Positions 56,849-64,000 of a DNA stretch of 64,000 nt are shown in pieces. The DNA is from the human T2T-CHM13v2.0 reference genome, Homo sapiens. Positions within the stretch are counted from its first letter, which is position 1, and every line of letters starts with the position of its first letter. The position numbers were made by a program, and so were the translations under genes. Where the stretch lies: NCBI RefSeq assembly GCF_009914755.1, contig NC_060927.1. One strand, written 5' to 3'. Under the pieces are notes generated by a model. It did no database searches and had not been told where the DNA came from. It saw only the letters and a list, made by a program, of their open reading frames with translations.

Positions 56849-57153
56849 GTTTAAATTTCATTTCAAAAAGCAGGTCTGTAGTTTGTAACCATGACAATTA
56901 AAATCTGTGCTAATGCACGGCAGTCTATAACAATTCTACAAGCCAATCAGACAGTACGTGACATTTCAATGAGTAAAAAAGAGCATAAAACTGTATGTGT
57001 AAGAACAAAATGTTAAAAGGCCTACCACAATAATAAAAAACCGTCAATTACATCATCACATTAAAATAAGCCAGATGTACAAAAGTCTGAGACAGAGAAG
57101 ACAAAAGGACAACACAAGATATTTGTTGAAAAATGTTTGTGCTCTTTGGGCAC

Positions 57154-57324
57154 TTAATTAAACATTGCAAAATCAACATCATCTTCTTCTTCATCAGACT
57201 CTGCAAAATATTTTACTTCTTTCCTAGCCCGACCGGTTCGTGGCAGAGAAGGTGGCTCAGTAGGGAAGTCTGAGGGGAAGATGTCCACATCTGAATCCTG
57301 ATCAAAAGATGTCTTCTTCGGTTT
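57154..57324 (-). CDS. TOP2B: TOP2B last coding exon: KPKKTSFDQDSDVDIFPSDFPTEPPSLPRTGRARKEVKYFAESDEEEDDVDFAMFN*
   Basis: atctag acceptor on -; 171 nt = 57 codons including TAA; matches the topoisomerase II-beta C terminus. Confidence 0.97.
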   Translation of the reverse strand, partial: KPKKTSFDQDSDVDIFPSDFPTEPPSLPRTGRARKEVKYFAESDEEEDDVDFAMFN

Positions 57325-58281
57325 CTAGATTTTTTTTCAATAGATTTAAAAGTTATGAAAGGAAGTAAAGACTAGTATTAAGAACTATCACTCCTTAAAC
57401 TTCGCTTATGTTTAGGAAGTATTACAAATAATGGTGCTTTTAAAATTAGAATCATAATGCTAACCTAAGTGTAAGACCAGTTATCTTATTTTTTGGAGGA
57501 AAAAGATTACATACAGTAATTCACCACCTTGGTGGTTTCATATTTACCAAGTTCTAGCCTGAAAAATGTAACACCTTTATTTCTGAAATTATATATTACC
57601 CAAAAAGTATGCACAATGCCCAGATTAGTAAAAATTCAAGCTGTCCTACTGGTAAGTACATATCAAGAATTCATGGGAGGAAACAAGACTCCTGCACCGT
57701 GTGTAGTATGTGTGCACTGTAAGTGTTTAAAAAAATGCAAAGCATCACCGAGGTGGACCTGAGACATAGAAGATGACTGAATGGAAGAGGTCAATGTGGA
57801 AATCAACATAAAAAGGGATGCGGGGGAGCTGATGTCATTCATTTACCTAAAAGAAATAGTGTACTTCTGGAAAAGGGTCAGACTAATTGGAAAAATCAGC
57901 CACAGTCAAATGAATTCAATTAAAAAAAAAATCAAATTAGCCCTGGTCAAATAAATCCAAGTTAAAAGGAAACAGTCTTTAGTCTGAAAAATAATATTTT
58001 AGTCTGAAAGAGTCTAATATTTAGGTAGCATAACACTACTACAGTTCAGTGGATGAAATGGAAGGTTCTAAGTAGGTTAATTTATAGCACAGTTATTTAG
58101 GAAATAGTCCTGATTATATAAATTTATACTTGAATAATTTCTTAACCAAATACAAGCCCCATATTGATACGAGATGCTAGGTGGAAAGCTGTTCCAGGAC
58201 TATAGTCATAAGCAAACTAAGTCACTTACAGATCTTTTTTTAAAAAGCCATGCACTAATATGCAATGATGTTCCCGGTTAC

Positions 58282-58376
58282 CTTGCTTGTTGTTTTGGAT
58301 GTTTTCCTGCCAGGGTTATAATCGCCTTCATTTTCAGAGCCAGATGCTTTCCTTTTCTTTGCCCCTCGGCCTTTAC
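58282..58376 (-). CDS. TOP2B: TOP2B coding exon: (G)KGRGAKKRKASGSENEGDYNPGRKTSKTTSK (basic, NLS-like)
   Basis: ttttaag acceptor; aag|gtaacc donor; 95 nt, phase 1/0. Confidence 0.96.
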
Positions 58377-59946
58377 CTTAAAATGATACAAAAGGTTTTT
58401 TCTTCCGTGGTTAAGTGCAATATAAAAAGATAAATGCCACAACATTGTAGTTTATTTCTTTGGCATGCCCAATCAGTGGAGCATTGCAGTCCTGATCTCT
58501 TACTATGAGTGATTATAAACAATTTGGCAGTAGCATTTCAATTCTGGGGTTGACATGACCAAAGACTTTTTGACAAATACATTTAAACTAGTGGGAAAGT
58601 CCCAAAGACAAATTTTAATGATGAATCCCTTCATACATAAAACATTTGTATTTGCTATTTGGTCCTTGAGCCTGAAAAGGAAATATCTTGGAAGAGTACT
58701 TCTTAAATTACATGGGATTTAAATATTTTTTTTCATTTCTAATTTGTCATGGGCCAATACTTTTAAAAATACCATAGAACACAAATTACTAAAAAATGTA
58801 ATCACATGCTGTTTTAGTAACACATTATTATAAAGGTCTAAATGTTTACTCCGTTTTACTTATCAAAGACTAGTAACAACCAATTGCATATCCCACATTA
58901 AGTGGCACCATATGAGAACCACCAGTATTAACTATAAAATGTCAAATACATATTCCTTCTCAGACCTAGACTCAGCACATGCAGCATTTTTTTTCACCTA
59001 CCTAACCTCTTATTCTCATCATTGGAGGTGGAAGGAGAAAAGGTAATATTTAAGTAGGGGCCAGATGTTCTCCATCCCACAATGATGCCAATGAAATAAA
59101 ACAACTAAATAGCAATTTTATATCTTTAAAATCCCTTGACAGCTAGACTGGACAAGTACGAAGATAGACTTAAATAATCTTGGGATGTCATATTTGATCA
59201 AATGAATCAGGGAAATAGCATTTTTGAATTTATAAAGGCTTTCAATCCTGCATATCTTGAGTACTACTTTCCCAGTCACTGTGATTCTTTTCCACCCTAT
59301 TATCCCCATTTCCCTGTAGGTCTACAGCTCCTTATCCCAACCACTCCTTAAAGAAATATAAGAAACACACTGAGGAAGATATCCTTCAGTTGAATAAAAG
59401 GTAGAGCAGCTACCCTCACAGCATGAGCTACCCTCATATCATGTCTTACAAACATATTTTACAAAACATCTTCAAGGGCTTTCCAGATTCTGGAGTTAAA
59501 GAGGGGATGCCATGGAGAACTGGTGCTGTTCCTTGTGTGGCCCTGAATACAGTTATTTCTTAGGTGAGAAAAAAAGTTCTAGCCTAAGAGTCCTGGATCT
59601 AGCCCATTACTATAAGTGTCACAGTTAGTGTGGAGTACTGATCTGACTTTTTAATAACAACTTTCAGTGAGTTGGCTGCAGGGGAGAATTTGGACCATTC
59701 TTAGGGATTCTTATTTAACCTCTTTGAGCCTCAATTTTTTAATTTGTAAAACAAAGTGACTGAACTAAATTGCTATGCCTCCTTTGGACTACATTCAGCA
59801 CTGATTCCTAGACACACTGCTTACTGAGGAGTAAAGCAATTTAAAACAAAATAGATACCTAGCCTCTCTAAATTCAATGAGGTAGAAAAAATTCAATCTT
59901 TTCCACACAGCATATGTTTAAAGGGTTATAAGAAGATAATCCTCAC

Positions 59947-60072
59947 CTTTTGGTGTTGTAGTCTTCTTTGGAATGCCAAATTCTGAATCCGAGTCAGAGT
60001 TTACAGCCTCTACTACTTTCTTCTGTTTTGGGGCTCTCTTGGGCTTAGGGACTGTATCTGAAGACGGTTTTC
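59947..60072 (-). CDS. TOP2B: TOP2B coding exon: (G)KPSSDTVPKPKRAPKQKKVVEAVNSDSDSEFGIPKKTTTPK
   Basis: ttactag acceptor; aag|gtgagg donor; 126 nt; lies within ORF 59918..60118. Confidence 0.97.
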
Positions 60073-60167
60073 CTAGTAAGCAAATTTCCATTTCACAGGT
60101 CAATATACTTACCAACAAACCAAACTGAAGAGAGTCCTATATAAATGGAATTTCTTATAGCTGATTA

Positions 60168-60471
<304 letters not shown>

Positions 60472-60941
60472 TTGAGTCGCCTTAAATAATGAAATGGTTT
60501 CTCTCTGCTTGGCGGCAATGTAAAGGCAAACAATTTCTCATAGATGACAAAATGCTTTTTATTTAATTATGTATAATTTGCCCTTAGGTAATACAATTAA
60601 GACATTTTAAGGAAGAGCCATTAAAATAAATTAAGCAGTAACTTTTAAATACAGAATAGTCATGACAAAAGAGTAGCATATTTGATAAATTAATTATAAC
60701 CCAGATATAACCACAGATTAAGTCCTAACTTTTAGAATGTTTTAGAGAAAAAAATGTATGGGATCCTCGAATACAATGAATAGAAACCAACTCACTTCCA
60801 TTCAAAAGCTGAAATCCAGACTTGGCATTTTTATGTGGAAAGAAATATAAAATCCTAGATAAGTAGACAATTGATACCAGGCCTTTGCTTTCTGGAATTT
60901 TGAAAAATAGACCTTGTTTTACAGCTTTATCTGCAGTTCTA

Positions 60942-61271
<330 letters not shown>

Positions 61272-62088
61272 AAAACTGATAAATCACTTTTTGTAATTAA
61301 GAAAACCTAATTTGGAAGAAAATATATTAACTGTAGACTTTGTTTAAAAAAAAAAAAAAACCTACACTGATTCTATGGAAAATGTATTCCAGTCGCAATT
61401 TGAGACACTACAAATAAGGCCCCTCGTTAGCCAAGAGCAGGAGGAGCCCTAGGAAAGTGGCACCCAGATTGTGTGGCTTTTCCCACCTGAGTCTTCATGA
61501 CTATATCTACCACAAGAACCACAGGGCAGCTCCTAGCAGGGAGTATAAACTTAGCCAGGTGTTCTAGGAACCACTTTTTTTCCTTGGCTTGGAGTTACAT
61601 GGCACTTTCAATTCTACCAGGCAAACAGGTCAGATATCTGAGTACTATAGCTGCCTTTCTGCTGTAAACTATTGGAACTACAGAATTTAACTTGTGTAAC
61701 ATACGCAATTTGGAGTTAACATAGACAATCCCACAGAGGGATATGATGCATCCTCTTCTTGAAATGATATTTTATTGGAATTATATTTCGTAAGGGAGGC
61801 TAAAGGAAAGCTGAGGACTTGCTGGGGTCCCTGAAATCACACCACACAGGCAGTCTACCTATTCAACTTAGACAAGGCCAGTTCAGCTACTGAAGAAGGA
61901 AGCAAGTAGGATAGGTACCATGATAATCTAGCTTTTTGGTCATGCTAAACTCATTAGGTTAAATATGGGTGAACAGTTTGATGAAGGAAACGGGGTATGT
62001 TTCAGGAAGTAATACGGCTCCCAAGTTTTCAGGGTGTTTATAAGATGCTCATATGAAGATTATTTTTTAAAGGTGCTTTTTGATTGTT

Positions 62089-62389
62089 CTGTTGTTGTTA
62101 TTTGAGATGGAGTCTCACTCTACCGTCCAGGCTGGAGTGCAGTGGTGCCATCTCAGCTCACTGCAACCTCTGCCTCCCAAGTTCAAGCGATTCTTGTGCC
62201 TCAGCTTCCTGAGTAGCTGGGACTACAGGCATGCATACGCCACCACACCAGGCTAATTTTTGTATTTTTAGTAGAGATGGGGTTTTGCCATGTTGGCCAG
62301 GCTGGTCTTAAACTCTTGACCTCAAGCAATCTGCCTGCCTCGACCTCCCAGAGTTCTGGGATTACAGGTGTGAGCCACTGCGCCCAGCC
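62089..62389 (-). mobile_element. Alu (S-type) with TSD tgattgtt
   Basis: gagatggagtctcactc...gtgagccactgcgcccagcc; tgattgtt at 62081-62088 and 62390-62397. Confidence 0.96.
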
Positions 62390-62424
62390 TGATTGTTTTT
62401 TTAAAAAAGAGAAATTATAGGGTC

Positions 62425-62850
62425 CATCTCAATGTGGGTTCCCCAGATTTGGGCCAATCTGCCTAATCCTAGAGTATGGATTCAAGTATAAGTATTTATT
62501 TGAGAGATAAAGGAGGGGGAGACAAAAATGAGACAATGAAGAGAAGGCAGCCAGTAATAGGTAAGTTACCAAGCCAATCATCACTCTAGGAGCTTAATTC
62601 CATAAGAAATTTTTGAGTCCCAGTGTGAAACACACATCCCACAGTTGGCTCACATGAGAGGCAAGGACACTGAGATATTTATAGACCAACTTTCCTCAAT
62701 CTGCTAGTTAAAGGCAGCTGGGAGCAGGGGGGTGTTAATATTCCAGCACAGTGGCAAAGAGGAAGTCCTCAGGCAACGAAAGGCAGATATTGCCCAATAT
62801 GCACTAAGTGGTAAGGGACATGGGTAGGTCACCCAGTGTGTTGGCTACAG
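62425..62850 (-). mobile_element. ERVL LTR16/33-like fragment
   Basis: ggattcaagtataagtatttatttgagagat and gagatatttatagaccaact resemble reverse-strand LTR16-family motifs. Confidence 0.45.
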
Positions 62851-63606
62851 AGACTCTTGTAAATAACCAGTTTCTCAATATGGTTCTACTGCATTCAGAA
62901 TAAGCAGGACTTTTCAAAATTGTTGTTCTGCTACATTCAATACATGTGTCTGTAATGATGTTGTCTGTTGTGAATTTTTAAAATCCTTGAGGGAACAATC
63001 CATATTATTTACTTGCTGTCTTAAATAGCACACATCTCAATTAGATTTGTGGGGTTTTTTTTAAGTGTCATCCTTCAAACACAAAGCACAAATACTGACC
63101 TCTTTCAAAAAGACCACGGTACATATATCTTGGTACTAGTAAGAGATTCATTAATCAACTCAAAGTGTTTTGTGGCCAATCTAAGGCTGTGAAAAAGAGA
63201 GAAGCTGCATGACTCACATAGAAAAAGAGGACCTCAACTGAGCTGACCAATCCCTCCACATAAGGAGTTGAGTCATGATCAACATAGATAACAGAAGCAA
63301 GCTACTAGCAAGACAAAATTTTAATCTCCATTACAACCTAACCACAAGGGAGCTTTTGTAGAAAGCTATCTTTAGATAGTAATGCACGGGATTATTTTAT
63401 AATTACAACAGCTTTAAAATTAAGTCTTACAGAAATTTTATTAACGCCCTCAGATGGCTAGAAAACGAGAGGTTCTCCTTATAAGCACTTATACTTCTTA
63501 ATTGTTTTATGATAAAAAAATGCAAATAGTTTCAAATTAAATTACATTTCCTTTTACATTAACTATCTCTATCCAATGCTTAACTCAATCAAATATAAGT
63601 ACATAC

Positions 63607-63717
63607 CCTTTTTAGCAGCTACCGTTTTACTTGGAACTTTATCTGTCTGTTTCAGACCAAATGATGGTGAAAAAACAGAAGCAGAATCTTCTTCATTACT
63701 GTCAAATTTAGCTGAAT
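63607..63717 (-). CDS. TOP2B: TOP2B coding exon: (D)SAKFDSNEEDSASVFSPSFGLKQTDKVPSKTVAAKK
   Basis: tttttag acceptor; agg|gtatgt donor; 111 nt, phase 1/1; joins the next exon in frame (AAKK-G-KPSS). Confidence 0.96.
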
Positions 63718-64000
63718 CTAAAAATTGCAAAGCCTTCTTTTAGTAAAGAGATGTTATAAAGATCTCTCAGTAAACTTTGACTCTTTTAACTGATGACTTC
63801 CCTTTAGCTAGACAATTGATCTTATGTTACTATTTTGTGACCAAATAATCCACAATATACAAACAGCTAAAAATAAAATGTATCAGTTATACACCAAAAA
63901 TGTTAACTATGTGGTGAAATAACACAGAAGTGCATAAAGTAGTAAAAATTAAAAGTCCCAAATGCTAAATATTTAAAACATAACTGACCAATTCAAAAAT

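Larger units (their letters stand above)
56750..57153 (-). other. TOP2B: TOP2B 3'UTR
   Basis: Between the TOP2B stop codon (57154-57156) and the minus-strand poly(A) signals; U-rich on the - strand. Confidence 0.85.

Overview
Primate (almost certainly human) genomic DNA from the RARB/TOP2B locus (chr3p24 by recall). The + strand carries the 3' half of RARB (retinoic acid receptor beta): a >28 kb intron, five coding exons for the hinge, ligand-binding and F domains (28607-28767, 39393-39569, 52350-52554, 53367-53525, 55267-55463) and a ~1.3 kb 3'UTR. The - strand carries the last four exons of TOP2B, encoding its C-terminal domain (63607-63717, 59947-60072, 58282-58376, 57154-57324), and its 3'UTR. 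All splice sites are GT-AG and phase-consistent. The two genes meet tail-to-tail at AATAAA-atata-TTTATT (56758-56774), which provides a poly(A) hexamer on each strand, so the mature 3' ends probably overlap by about 30 nt. The rest is intron rich in Alu, L1, L2, MIR, MaLR/ERVL LTRs, MER DNA transposons and microsatellites. Most ORFs in the supplied track are spurious. I see no convincing new gene or system. The best leads are the bidirectional poly(A) cassette, tandem and re-splicing motifs at exon starts, nuclear-receptor elements (DR0, Alu DR2), inverted Alus in a TOP2B intron and a 28-bp apparent templated insertion. Repeat subfamily calls are by eye and their boundaries are approximate.
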